From positions 1 through 20,985 of the forward strand of contig JANLOX010000471.1 in the NCBI GenBank assembly GCA_031366795.1: a DNA stretch of 20,985 nucleotides, given 5' to 3'. This DNA is from Candidatus Eiseniibacteriota bacterium. GTDB lineage: Bacteria; Eisenbacteria; RBG-16-71-46. The notes under the pieces are model-generated. The model searched no databases, had not been told where the DNA came from, and saw only the letters and a program-made list of their open reading frames with translations. Shown here in pieces: positions 1 to 8,141 of this stretch; position 1 is the first letter of the stretch, and each line of letters opens with the position of its first letter. The translations under genes and the position numbers were made by a program.

Positions 1-277
1 GGTCGAAAGCGGGATAGATGAAGTCGACGAACTGGATCTCGACGACCGGCCGCATGCCATAAAGCGCCATGCCGATCGCCGCACCCACGATGCCATTCTC
101 GGCGAGCGGCGTGTCGGTGACGCGATCGGCGCCGAACTCCGCCTGCAGGCCCTCGGTAACCCGGAACACGCCACCGTTGAGCCCGACGTCCTCGCCCAGC
201 ACGACCACGCGCGGATCCTCGCGCAGGGCGACACGCAGCGCGTCCTGGATGGACTGGACCATGGTCATCTGCGGCAT
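1..277 (-). CDS. 2-oxoacid (pyruvate/branched-chain) dehydrogenase E1 beta subunit, 5' part (runs off window)
   Basis: Not in the ORF track; my translation from ATG at 277 gives [92 protein letters not shown], with the family motifs GEDVG, DTPLAE and EIQF. GGAGGAG Shine-Dalgarno on the minus strand at 282-288. Confidence 0.95.
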   Translation of the reverse strand, partial: MPQMTMVQSIQDALRVALREDPRVVVLGEDVGLNGGVFRVTEGLQAEFGADRVTDTPLAENGIVGAAIGMALYGMRPVVEIQFVDFIYPAFD

Positions 278-380
278 GGGACTCCTCCACGAGAAGGGCT
301 CAAGGAGGCGGCAGCGTAGCGGAACCATTACCACGCGGCCAAGTCAGGGGGAGGGCGGGGTGGGAGCGTCACTGTTAGCC

Positions 381-408
381 TTGACAAACAATCCAATTAG
401 CCTAGGCT
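381..408 (+). promoter_or_regulatory. sigma70-type promoter of mntR-mntH
   Basis: Perfect TTGACA at 381-386, 16-bp spacer, TAGGCT (TAnnnT) at 403-408, in an AT-rich patch directly upstream of the ATG at 418. Confidence 0.7.
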
Positions 409-412
409 AATT
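395..412. promoter_or_regulatory. DtxR/MntR-family operator (perfect palindrome AATTAGCCTAGGCTAATT)
   Basis: 18-bp perfect inverted repeat resembling DtxR-family TTAG...CTAA boxes. It overlaps the -10 element and sits just upstream of a DtxR-family gene. Confidence 0.85.
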
Positions 413-417
413 CCATC

Positions 418-1113
418 ATGACCATGCCCCACGCCACACTCGCACTGTCGCGTTCGCGGCAGGATTACTTGAAGGCGCTGTTCGCGCTGGGCGATGGCAA
501 CGCGCGCGTGACGACGTCGCAGGTGTCGCAGCGGCTCGGGGTTTCGGCGCCCTCGGTGACCAAGATGCTCACACGCCTCGCGGCCGAGGGCCTCGTGCTC
601 CACTCGCCCCGTGCCGGCGCGCGGCTCACCGCATCGGGCCGCCGCGAAGCGATCGCCCTGATCCGCCGCCACCGCATCCTCGAGACCTTCATGGTGCGCG
701 TGCTTGGGCTCGACTGGGCGGACGTCCACGACGATGCCGAAGTGCTCGAGCACCACGTCAGTGACCGCGTGCTCGAAGCGCTCGACAGGATCTCGGGTCA
801 CCCGACCGAGGACCCGCACGGGCACGCGATTCCTGATCGCAAGGGGCGTATTCCACACCGCGACCTGCGTCCGCTCGTCGATGTGCCCACCGGTGAACGC
901 GTCACCGTGCGCGAGATCCGCGACCGCGATGGGCGCCGGCTCGGGCGCTGGAAGCAGGCGGGGCTGGTGCCCGGGGCGCGGTTGCGCGTCAAGGCGGTGC
1001 GCCCGCTCGACGACGTGATCGAACTCGAGATCGATGGGCGCGCGCTGGTGACGGGCCGCGCCGCGCTCGAAGGTGTGATGGTCGATCGCAACGCGAGAAA
1101 CCGCAATGGCTGA
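418..1113 (+). CDS. mntR: DtxR/MntR-family metal-dependent transcriptional regulator with C-terminal FeoA domain
   Basis: QDYLK, winged HTH (LGVSAPSVTKML), RRHRILETF, AEVLEHH, DPHGHAIP and an SH3-like FeoA tail (GLVPGARL). Asp/Glu at the positions equivalent to DtxR M10/C102 favour Mn sensing. Confidence 0.92.
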   Translation: MTMPHATLALSRSRQDYLKALFALGDGNARVTTSQVSQRLGVSAPSVTKMLTRLAAEGLVLHSPRAGARLTASGRREAIALIRRHRILETFMVRVLGLDWADVHDDAEVLEHHVSDRVLEALDRISGHPTEDPHGHAIPDRKGRIPHRDLRPLVDVPTGERVTVREIRDRDGRRLGRWKQAGLVPGARLRVKAVRPLDDVIELEIDGRALVTGRAALEGVMVDRNARNRNG

Positions 1114-3166
1114 CCGCCACGACGACACGCGCTCGCTCGCCGAAATGAATCGCAGCGTGCCGGTGCCGCTCAAGGCCTCGAACCTGCGCCGTTGGTTCGC
1201 CTTCGCGGGCCCCGCGTATCTCGTGAGCGTTGGCTACATGGATCCGGGCAACTGGGCGACGGACTTGGCCGGTGGCGCGAAGTTTGGCTACCAGCTCGTC
1301 TGGGTCCTGGTGATGAGCAACCTGATGGCGGTGCTGCTGCAGACGCTGTCCGCCCGGCTGGGCGTGGTCACGGGCCGCGATCTCGCGCAGGCCTGTCGCG
1401 ACTGGTACCCCGCGGTGCTGCGCTGGCCGCTGTGGCTGCTGTGCGAGATCGCCATCGTCGCCTGCGATCTCGCCGAAGTACTGGGCGCCGCGATCGGTCT
1501 GCATTTGTTGTTCGGCATCCCGCTGCTGTGGGGCGTGTTGATCACCGCCGGCGACGTGCTGCTGCTGCTGGCGCTGTCGCGGCTCGGCATGCGGCGCCTC
1601 GAGGCGATCATCGTCGTGCTCGTCGCCACGATCGGCGGCTGCTTCGCCATCGAGATGTTCCTGTCGCGCCCGGATATCCCCGCGGTGCTGTTGAACTTCT
1701 TGCCGCGTGACGCGGCAGGCCGCCCGACGCTGGTGACTCACGATCCCGGCCTTGGGCTCTCGGTGTTGGGCCTCCGCCACGATTCGCTCTACATCGCGAT
1801 GGGTATCCTGGGCGCCACCGTGATGCCCCACAACCTCTACCTGCACAGCTCACTGGTGCAGACGCGCGCGGTGGAGCATTCGATCGAAGGCAAGCGGTCG
1901 GCGGTGCGCTGGAACTTGATCGACTCCGTGATCGCGCTGAACGCCGCGTTCTTCGTGAACACGGCGATCCTCGTGCTGGCCGCCGCCGCCTTCCACAACT
2001 CCGGTCACCAAGACGTCGCGAAGCTCGAGGACGCTCACCGGTTGCTGACGCCACTGCTCGGCACCTCGCTCGCCGCGACCTTGTTCGCGGTGGCGCTGCT
2101 GTCCTCGGGTCAGGCCAGCACCATCACCGGCACGCTCGCCGGCCAGATCGTGATGGAAGGCTTCATGCGCATCCGCATCCAGCCGTGGTTGCGGCGCCTC
2201 ATCAGCCGCGGGCTGGCAATCATCCCCGCCGTGATGTTCATCGCCTGGCGCGGCTCGGGCAGCATCGACGCCCTGCTGGTGTTGTCGCAAGTGGTCTTGA
2301 GTCTGCAACTGTCGTTCGCCGTGATTCCGCTCATCTCGTTCACCAGTGACCGCTCGAAGATGGGCGAGTTCGTCAACCCGCCGTGGGTGATCGTGCTCGC
2401 CATCGTCGCCGCCGCGCTGATTCTCGGACTCAACATCATGCTGGTGGCGCAGCAGCTCGCAGCGTGGACAGGTGAGCTGGGAAAGGGCGCACCGCTCATG
2501 TGGGTGGGTCTCAGTCCCGTGCTCGCCGTGCTCGGCGGAACGCTTGCCTACATTCTTCTCGCGCCGTTTGTCGGACGGCGTCGCGAACCCGGCGCGGCGG
2601 CGCCGCCATCGCTTGCCGCGGGTCCCGTCTCGGCCGGCTCGGGCCGCGGCGTGTGGACGTTCGGTGGGCGAGCCCGCGCTCGCTCGGGTGCTGCGAGTGG
2701 GGCGCCGCCATTGCTGTCGCCCGAGGCCTTGATGGCCGGCGACTTCAGGCGCATCGCCGTGGCGCTCGAAATGGGTGGTGGTGACACGTCCGTGATCGAG
2801 CTGCTCGAGGCGATGCCGCCCCGAACGGACACCGAAGTCATCTTGATGCACGTGGTCGAGAGCGCGGCGGGCCGCTACCTGGGCCCTGAGAGTTCCGATC
2901 TCGAAACCCGCACCGAGTCCGGCACGCTCGAGTCCTTCGGCGTCCGGCTGCGCGATCACGGCTTCAGCGTGCGCGTCGTGCTGGGTCATGGCGATGCCGC
3001 CACGGAACTCGCCCGCATCACCTCCGAGGCGCACGCCGACCTGCTGGTCGCGGGCTCGCATGGCCACGGCCCGATCAGCGACCTGCTGTTCGGCGCCACG
3101 ACCTCGCGGCTGCGGCACAGGGTGCGCTGCCCGATGCTGATCGTGCCCGCGGCACAGCAGGGCTGA
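1106..3166 (+). CDS. mntH: Nramp-family Mn2+/Fe2+ transporter fused to a C-terminal universal stress protein (USP) domain
   Basis: Signature motifs GYMDPGNW, GATVMPHNLYLHS and GTLAGQIVMEGF. The C-terminal ~140 aa (FRRIAVAL...LMHVVE...DLLVAGSHGHG..DLLFGATTSRL....CPMLIV) are USP-like. Overlaps mntR by 8 nt. Confidence 0.95.
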   Translation: MADRHDDTRSLAEMNRSVPVPLKASNLRRWFAFAGPAYLVSVGYMDPGNWATDLAGGAKFGYQLVWVLVMSNLMAVLLQTLSARLGVVTGRDLAQACRDWYPAVLRWPLWLLCEIAIVACDLAEVLGAAIGLHLLFGIPLLWGVLITAGDVLLLLALSRLGMRRLEAIIVVLVATIGGCFAIEMFLSRPDIPAVLLNFLPRDAAGRPTLVTHDPGLGLSVLGLRHDSLYIAMGILGATVMPHNLYLHSSLVQTRAVEHSIEGKRSAVRWNLIDSVIALNAAFFVNTAILVLAAAAFHNSGHQDVAKLEDAHRLLTPLLGTSLAATLFAVALLSSGQASTITGTLAGQIVMEGFMRIRIQPWLRRLISRGLAIIPAVMFIAWRGSGSIDALLVLSQVVLSLQLSFAVIPLISFTSDRSKMGEFVNPPWVIVLAIVAAALILGLNIMLVAQQLAAWTGELGKGAPLMWVGLSPVLAVLGGTLAYILLAPFVGRRREPGAAAPPSLAAGPVSAGSGRGVWTFGGRARARSGAASGAPPLLSPEALMAGDFRRIAVALEMGGGDTSVIELLEAMPPRTDTEVILMHVVESAAGRYLGPESSDLETRTESGTLESFGVRLRDHGFSVRVVLGHGDAATELARITSEAHADLLVAGSHGHGPISDLLFGATTSRLRHRVRCPMLIVPAAQQG

Positions 3167-3279
3167 CGCACGCCGCGCGCCGCCCGCGCTGGCGTGCGCC
3201 ACGGCACACGGCCTAGAATGAGCGAATGCGACGCCCTTCACTCACTCCGCCCGTGCCGGAGCATCCCCCGGAGTCCCCT

Positions 3280-3765
3280 ATGAGCACCCACCTGCACCAT
3301 GGCCGGTTGATTGCCAGCATGGCCGATATCGTCGATGAAGGATTCGACCTGCTCCCGACGTTCGAGCAGGCCGGCATTCCGTTGATCGACGGCGCCGAGC
3401 GCCCCGCCGAATGGCCCGAGGTCAAGCGCCGCGTGCGCGCCGAAGGCATTCGCCTGCGGCAGCACCGCGGCATGCTGTTACTCGAACCCGGCGAGCTGGA
3501 CCGCTTCTCCTCGGTCGGCATGTTCGAAGGCGCGAGCGAGTTGTTCCTGTGCGCCGAGTGGAACGACGAACTAGAACCGTTCCCCGGCCGCATCTCGAGT
3601 GACCTGCACGACTTTAATGAAGGCACGCCGCTGGGGCTCGAGGAGTGGATGGCGGATGCTGGCTGCCTGCTGGCGATGGGTGATGGCGACGGGCTCAACT
3701 TCGTCACCCCGAGCAGCGACCTCGCCGAACTTCTGCACTCCAAGTTCCGCACCGCGAAGCGCTAA
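3280..3765 (+). CDS. hypothetical cytoplasmic protein (acidic)
   Basis: ORF 3226-3765 has GC3-rich codons. The ATG at 3280 has GGAG at 3270-3273, so it is the preferred start. Stop is 4 nt before the next gene. Confidence 0.75.
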   Translation: MSTHLHHGRLIASMADIVDEGFDLLPTFEQAGIPLIDGAERPAEWPEVKRRVRAEGIRLRQHRGMLLLEPGELDRFSSVGMFEGASELFLCAEWNDELEPFPGRISSDLHDFNEGTPLGLEEWMADAGCLLAMGDGDGLNFVTPSSDLAELLHSKFRTAKR

Positions 3766-3769
3766 CAAG

Positions 3770-4414
3770 ATGGAGCGGCACGACTCAGCCCAGCGGCTCG
3801 CGCATATCACGCTCGCGGGAACGGCGGGGCCGATCGAGGCGGTGCTGCAGGAGTCTGATCCTGGAGACCACGCGATCACGGCCGTGGTCTGCCACCCGCA
3901 CCCTGTCTACGGCGGCACGCTGCACAACAAGGTCGTACACCGCGCGGCCTCGACGTTGTACGGCATGGGCGCGGCGGTGCTGCGCTTCAACTTCCGCGGC
4001 GTCGGCAAGAGTGCCGGGAAGTACGATCTCGGCAACGGCGAGCTGGAAGACGTGCGCGTGGCGTGGGAGTACATGCGCCAGCGCTGGCCGAATGCGCGGC
4101 GCTGGCTCGCGGGCTTCTCGTTCGGCTCGTGGATTGCGGCGCGGCTCGGCGCCGAGACCGCGGACGTGGAGCAGTTGCTGCTCATCGCACCGCCCGTGCA
4201 CTCTTCGTCATTCGAGTCGATGCATCACTCCGCGGTCCGCAAGCGAGTGGTGCAGGGGATGGCCGACGACATCTGCACCGTCGAGCGGCTGAACGGCGAG
4301 TTCCCGTTGTGGGCCGAGCCGAAGCGGCTGGTGACCGTCGATGGCGCCGGACACTTCTTCGACCGCACGCTCGAGGAGTTGGGCGTTGCGGTGCGCGAGG
4401 TGATGGAACTCTAG
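3770..4414 (+). CDS. alpha/beta-fold hydrolase (COG2945-like)
   Basis: VVCHPHPVYGGTLHNKVV, LRFNFRGVGKS, nucleophile elbow GFSFG, DD and GAGHFF. Start ATG at 3770 within ORF 3599-4414. Confidence 0.9.
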   Translation: MERHDSAQRLAHITLAGTAGPIEAVLQESDPGDHAITAVVCHPHPVYGGTLHNKVVHRAASTLYGMGAAVLRFNFRGVGKSAGKYDLGNGELEDVRVAWEYMRQRWPNARRWLAGFSFGSWIAARLGAETADVEQLLLIAPPVHSSSFESMHHSAVRKRVVQGMADDICTVERLNGEFPLWAEPKRLVTVDGAGHFFDRTLEELGVAVREVMEL

Positions 4415-4451
4415 CCGGGCCGGGCGCCGGATACTGCGGCAGCCGCCGGCT

Positions 4452-5378
4452 TTAGCCCTGCGCGCGCAGGCCGCCGCCTTCGCGGCGCGTGGCGCGTTCC
4501 GTTTCCAGGGCAGGCTCGACGTGGACGACGACGTCCGTCACCCCGGGGAACTGTCCCTGCAAGCGCTGCTCAACGCGATGCCCGATGGCGTGCGCGTCGG
4601 CGAGCCCCAAGGCAGGATTCACCAGCACGTGCAGGTCGATGTGGATGTCGTCGAGCGGCCCGCGTGAGCGGACATTGTGCACCTCGAGCACGCCGGGCTC
4701 GAGCACCGCCGCGCGTTCGATGTCCAACGGCGCGATGCGGCGCTCATCGGACAGCGTGGACAGGGTGCTGCGCAGGATCACCATGCCGGCGCGCAGGATC
4801 AGCGCGACGATGATGACGCACGCGATCAGGTCGGCGTAAGCGAAGCCCAGCCACTGCGCGACGAAGCTCGCCACGACCAGCAGCGATGCGTAGACATCGC
4901 TCTGGGTGTGGGCGGCATCGGACATCAGCAACTCGCTGCCGAGACGCCGGCCCTCGCGATTCTCGATCGCGACGACCAGCAGGTTGATCGTGAGCGTCGC
5001 GCCCATGATGGCGAAGGCGGCCCAGGTGATGTGCGGGGGTTCGTGAACCGACCACCGCTGCCACGCCTGCGCGATGATCTCGCGGCAGCCGAGCAGCATC
5101 ATGGCGGCGACACCGAGTGCGGCGAAGGTCTCGTACTTGCGGTGGCCGTAAGGGTGGTTGTCATCCGGCGGGCGGCGGGCCAGGAACACGCCGACCAGCC
5201 CGATGATGTTCGAGGAGGCGTCGAGCAGCGAGTGCAGGCCGTCCGCCGAGATCGCGAGCGAGCCGGCAGCGTGGCCATAAGCCAGCTTGGTCACCGCCAC
5301 GAGCAGGTTCAACCCGAGGATGATCCACAGGATCCGCGCGATGGCGTGCTGTCGCTGTTCCGGTCGCTCGCTGGTCAT
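4452..5378 (-). CDS. cation diffusion facilitator (CDF) family metal transporter
   Basis: SLAISADGLHSLLD, PPDDNHPYGHRKYE, SDAAHTQSD and a C-terminal dimerisation domain (DVVVHVEP). Confidence 0.95.
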   Translation of the reverse strand: MTSERPEQRQHAIARILWIILGLNLLVAVTKLAYGHAAGSLAISADGLHSLLDASSNIIGLVGVFLARRPPDDNHPYGHRKYETFAALGVAAMMLLGCREIIAQAWQRWSVHEPPHITWAAFAIMGATLTINLLVVAIENREGRRLGSELLMSDAAHTQSDVYASLLVVASFVAQWLGFAYADLIACVIIVALILRAGMVILRSTLSTLSDERRIAPLDIERAAVLEPGVLEVHNVRSRGPLDDIHIDLHVLVNPALGLADAHAIGHRVEQRLQGQFPGVTDVVVHVEPALETERATRREGGGLRAQG

Positions 5379-5520
5379 GGAGCGTCAGGCTCCGCGTTTG
5401 TGGTGGTTGGCGCCGCGTCGGTGTTCGCGGGCGTGGCTTCCGATTCGGCATGCATAATAGCGCGAGTTGCGGTCAGGCCGAAGCATTCACACGATCCCGC
5501 GCGGCGGGCCAGCAAACGCG

Positions 5521-5567
5521 ATCCCGTGGACGCGCTCCGCTACGAATAGCGGAGCGCATCGCGGGAT
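5521..5567 (-). terminator. strong GC hairpin downstream of the 5579-6298 gene (terminator or mRNA-stabilising stem)
   Basis: GCGCTCCGCTA-CGAA-TAGCGGAGCGC (5532-5557) is an 11-bp perfect stem with a UUCG loop on the minus strand, extended by ATCCCG/CGGGAT. There is no clear U-tract. Confidence 0.55.
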
Positions 5568-5578
5568 GGTTCAGCGGC

Positions 5579-6298
5579 TCAACGGCAGAGGGACTTCAGC
5601 GCTCCCCAGGATCGGTGTTTCGTTCCCACCGATCCCACACAATTCGTGGCGGGCGTTGCTTCCAGCGTCGCGCCTGCGCTGGAGCTCAGAATCGTCGTTG
5701 GATTGGAGTGTGCTGAGACTGGGGATACTTGGAGTAGCGCCAGCGTGATCTGGGACTGGCAGCAACCCCGCAAGTCGCCGCCGGCTTCGACAGCCTCGTT
5801 GGTGTGAAGCAACATGCGGGCGAGGAACAACTTCTGGTTTGCCGTGACGGCGAGATCCGAGGGCCTGAACACACTGCCCGCCCTGCGGACCCGGTTGCTC
5901 CTGAGCACGGCCGCTGCCCATGAGTCTCCGCTATTGAGGGCCGACCACGCGTCCGTCTTGAAGCCCACGCACTGCGGCGGCGGAATCGTGCGGGACAGGC
6001 TGAAGGCACTCGCATTGGCCGTCTGCCAATCCCAGAAGTTGCCATCCGAATGGACGTCGTTGCTCGTCAACGCGTCGAGGATCCAATCGGCGGCCACCAG
6101 ATCGGAAATATCCTCGGCCGGTTCGAAGGTCAGCACCAACACGAAGCCCTGTCCGCCCGCACACTGTAGATTGGCGTATCCGGTCTGGGCACCAGGACTG
6201 CCGGTGCACGAGCCGACACTGAGCTCAATTCCTGATGCGAGCGCCGGGCCCGCCAACACCAGTCCGGCGATGACCCACAGTAGTATCGGTGTCTTCAT
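5579..6298 (-). CDS. secreted hypothetical protein with C-terminal 'SWGALKSLCR' tail
   Basis: Sec signal peptide (MKTPILLWVIAGLVLAGPALA), GGGAGGGA SD upstream, several Cys, and a Ser/Thr-rich linker before the tail motif. Confidence 0.8.
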   Translation of the reverse strand: MKTPILLWVIAGLVLAGPALASGIELSVGSCTGSPGAQTGYANLQCAGGQGFVLVLTFEPAEDISDLVAADWILDALTSNDVHSDGNFWDWQTANASAFSLSRTIPPPQCVGFKTDAWSALNSGDSWAAAVLRSNRVRRAGSVFRPSDLAVTANQKLFLARMLLHTNEAVEAGGDLRGCCQSQITLALLQVSPVSAHSNPTTILSSSAGATLEATPATNCVGSVGTKHRSWGALKSLCR

Positions 6299-6335
6299 GT
6301 TGCCGTTCCCTCCCGTGGCTGGGGGAAGTCATCGA

Positions 6336-6345
6336 GGGGGGGGGG
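6336..6345. repeat. G10 homopolymer tract upstream of the secreted protein gene
   Basis: Ten consecutive G (C10 on the coding strand), about 38 nt upstream of the ATG at 6298. Confidence 0.8.
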
Positions 6346-6406
6346 CATCGCCGGGGCCGCTCGCACGACATCGAGCTTAGTCCCGGGGTTGCAGGGGGCA
6401 CCACGC

Positions 6407-8041
6407 CTATTTCGCGGTGCCGCGCGGCGCCCTGGCCCCGTTGGCAGGGGCGCCGGCGCCCGCTTCTACCTTGTAAATGAACCATGGCGAGCCTTCCGTC
6501 ATGATGCCCGGGACTTCGCCTGAATAGCGCACCGCGTCCTGGTCGTAGGCCTTGGTTTCCCGCCCGATCATCTGGATGTCGTCTTGCCATAGCAGGGTGC
6601 GCACGCCGGCGTGGCGGATGTATTCGAGCATTTCGCCGCGGCGCATGGCCTCGTAGCAGTCGCGGTTCACGACTCCGTCGAGGTTAACGACGGTCAACCG
6701 CTCGGCGAAATAGCCCAGCGCACCCGATTGCGAGCTACCGATGATCGTGCCGGGAGGGAAATGATCGCGCGCCCATTCTCCCGCGCGACGATAGCCCCAC
6801 GGTGCGGGTGCGCCTTGGGCGAACAACACGCGCGTCTGCGGGTCGGCGATGGACCCCACGATGACAACGCCCGCGACAACGGCGACGCACACCGCGCGAG
6901 CCCGTGCGCCCGAGAACGCCTTGAACAGCGCATCCGCTGTGATTGCCACGGCGAGCACCGCCGGGATCCACAGCGGATAGAAGTAGCGGCCAAAGTACCA
7001 GGGCCCAAAGATGTAGAGCGTGTAGGCCGCGACGAGCATCGCGCCGAATGCGATGATGGGCAGCAGCGCCGCGAGTCGCCAACCGACGTGACTGGGCTGC
7101 TTGCCACGCGTGGCGATCCACGCCGCCAGCGCCAGCGCGAGCGCGAGCACCGTCGCCGGCCCCGCGTTGTGCGCCAGGGCGCGTGCGGCGCGCACGAGCA
7201 TCGGCGCGTAGGTGTTGGCAAGGGTCGGCGCGTGGTTCACCGCCGATAGCTTGAGGTAGCGCACGGCGCGGCCGCTGGTGGGGAACACATCCTGGGTCCA
7301 CCACGCGCTGTAGACAATCCACGGCAGCACGGCGAGACACGCCGCGATCGCCGCGATCCCAAGGCCGCGCAGCATGGCCTGTCGCTCGGGATCGGAGGGA
7401 CCGCCGATGCGCGGACGAGCCACGGCCAGCAGCAACGGGACGCCGAGCGCTGCGCCTAAGAACACGCTGTCGACGCGCGCGAGACACGCGAGACCGCCCA
7501 ATGCGCCGAGCGCAGTCCAGCCTGCGACGCCCGATTGCCCCGTGAGGCCAGGCTGCGCCGCGCGCACGCGATGCCATTGCCACAGCGTCGCCGCGATGCA
7601 GGCCGCGGCGATCGAAGTCTCGAGCCCGTTGAGCGAGGTGTGTAGCGACCACGGGCTTAAGCCCCACAGCAGACCGCCGACAACCACCGCTTCGGTCGAG
7701 CAACCCAGCCGCAGGGCGACGCGCAGCGTGAAGAACATCGCCAGCGCGTCCGCCACCACCAGCAGCGCGAGCGCGATGCGCACCGGCAGGTCGAGATCAC
7801 CGCCCGTCAGGGCGAACACGGGCGCCATCAGGAACACATAAAGCGGCTGGAAACCGTTCGTCGGTGCCAGCCCGTAGAAGGGGCCTTTGCCCTGGGCGAT
7901 GCTGCGCGCGAGATGCAGCGACAGGTAGCTGTCGTCGGGCAGCACCAGGTCGTCGAGCTCGCGCAGCGGGCGCAACCACACCGCCAGCCGCACTCCGATA
8001 TGGAGCGCCATCAGGAGTAGCAATGCCAGTCTTCTTCGCAC
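6407..8041 (-). CDS. polytopic membrane protein, GT-C (ArnT/PMT-like) glycosyltransferase-like
   Basis: PDDSYLSL acidic motif after TM1, TNGFQPLY, NGLET, ARVDS, RYFYP, and C-terminal GALGYF..VVNLDGVVN. Many TM segments. Start estimated at GTG 8041 (or ATG 8011), because the longer ORF to 8263 overlaps the divergent gene. Confidence 0.75.
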   Translation of the reverse strand: MRRRLALLLLMALHIGVRLAVWLRPLRELDDLVLPDDSYLSLHLARSIAQGKGPFYGLAPTNGFQPLYVFLMAPVFALTGGDLDLPVRIALALLVVADALAMFFTLRVALRLGCSTEAVVVGGLLWGLSPWSLHTSLNGLETSIAAACIAATLWQWHRVRAAQPGLTGQSGVAGWTALGALGGLACLARVDSVFLGAALGVPLLLAVARPRIGGPSDPERQAMLRGLGIAAIAACLAVLPWIVYSAWWTQDVFPTSGRAVRYLKLSAVNHAPTLANTYAPMLVRAARALAHNAGPATVLALALALAAWIATRGKQPSHVGWRLAALLPIIAFGAMLVAAYTLYIFGPWYFGRYFYPLWIPAVLAVAITADALFKAFSGARARAVCVAVVAGVVIVGSIADPQTRVLFAQGAPAPWGYRRAGEWARDHFPPGTIIGSSQSGALGYFAERLTVVNLDGVVNRDCYEAMRRGEMLEYIRHAGVRTLLWQDDIQMIGRETKAYDQDAVRYSGEVPGIMTEGSPWFIYKVEAGAGAPANGARAPRGTAK

Positions 8042-8085
8042 GGTGCGGCACTGTACACGACCGCCCGCCGGCGCGCCGCCCGTGG

Positions 8086-8094
8086 TGGTATAGT
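8086..8094 (+). promoter_or_regulatory. possible extended -10 promoter (TG-G-TATAGT)
   Basis: TGGTATAGT in the divergent intergenic gap, about 48 nt upstream of the TTG start at 8142. Confidence 0.4.
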
Positions 8095-8141
8095 CCGCCG
8101 CCCACGAGGAAGTGGGTGCACGATCGCAGGAGGCGACGACC

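Noticed and set aside
5375..5455. 26-aa uORF (MHAESEATPANTDAAPTTTNAEPDAP) overlapping the CDF start via ATGA
   Set aside because: No SD and no recognisable leader-peptide features; could be chance.
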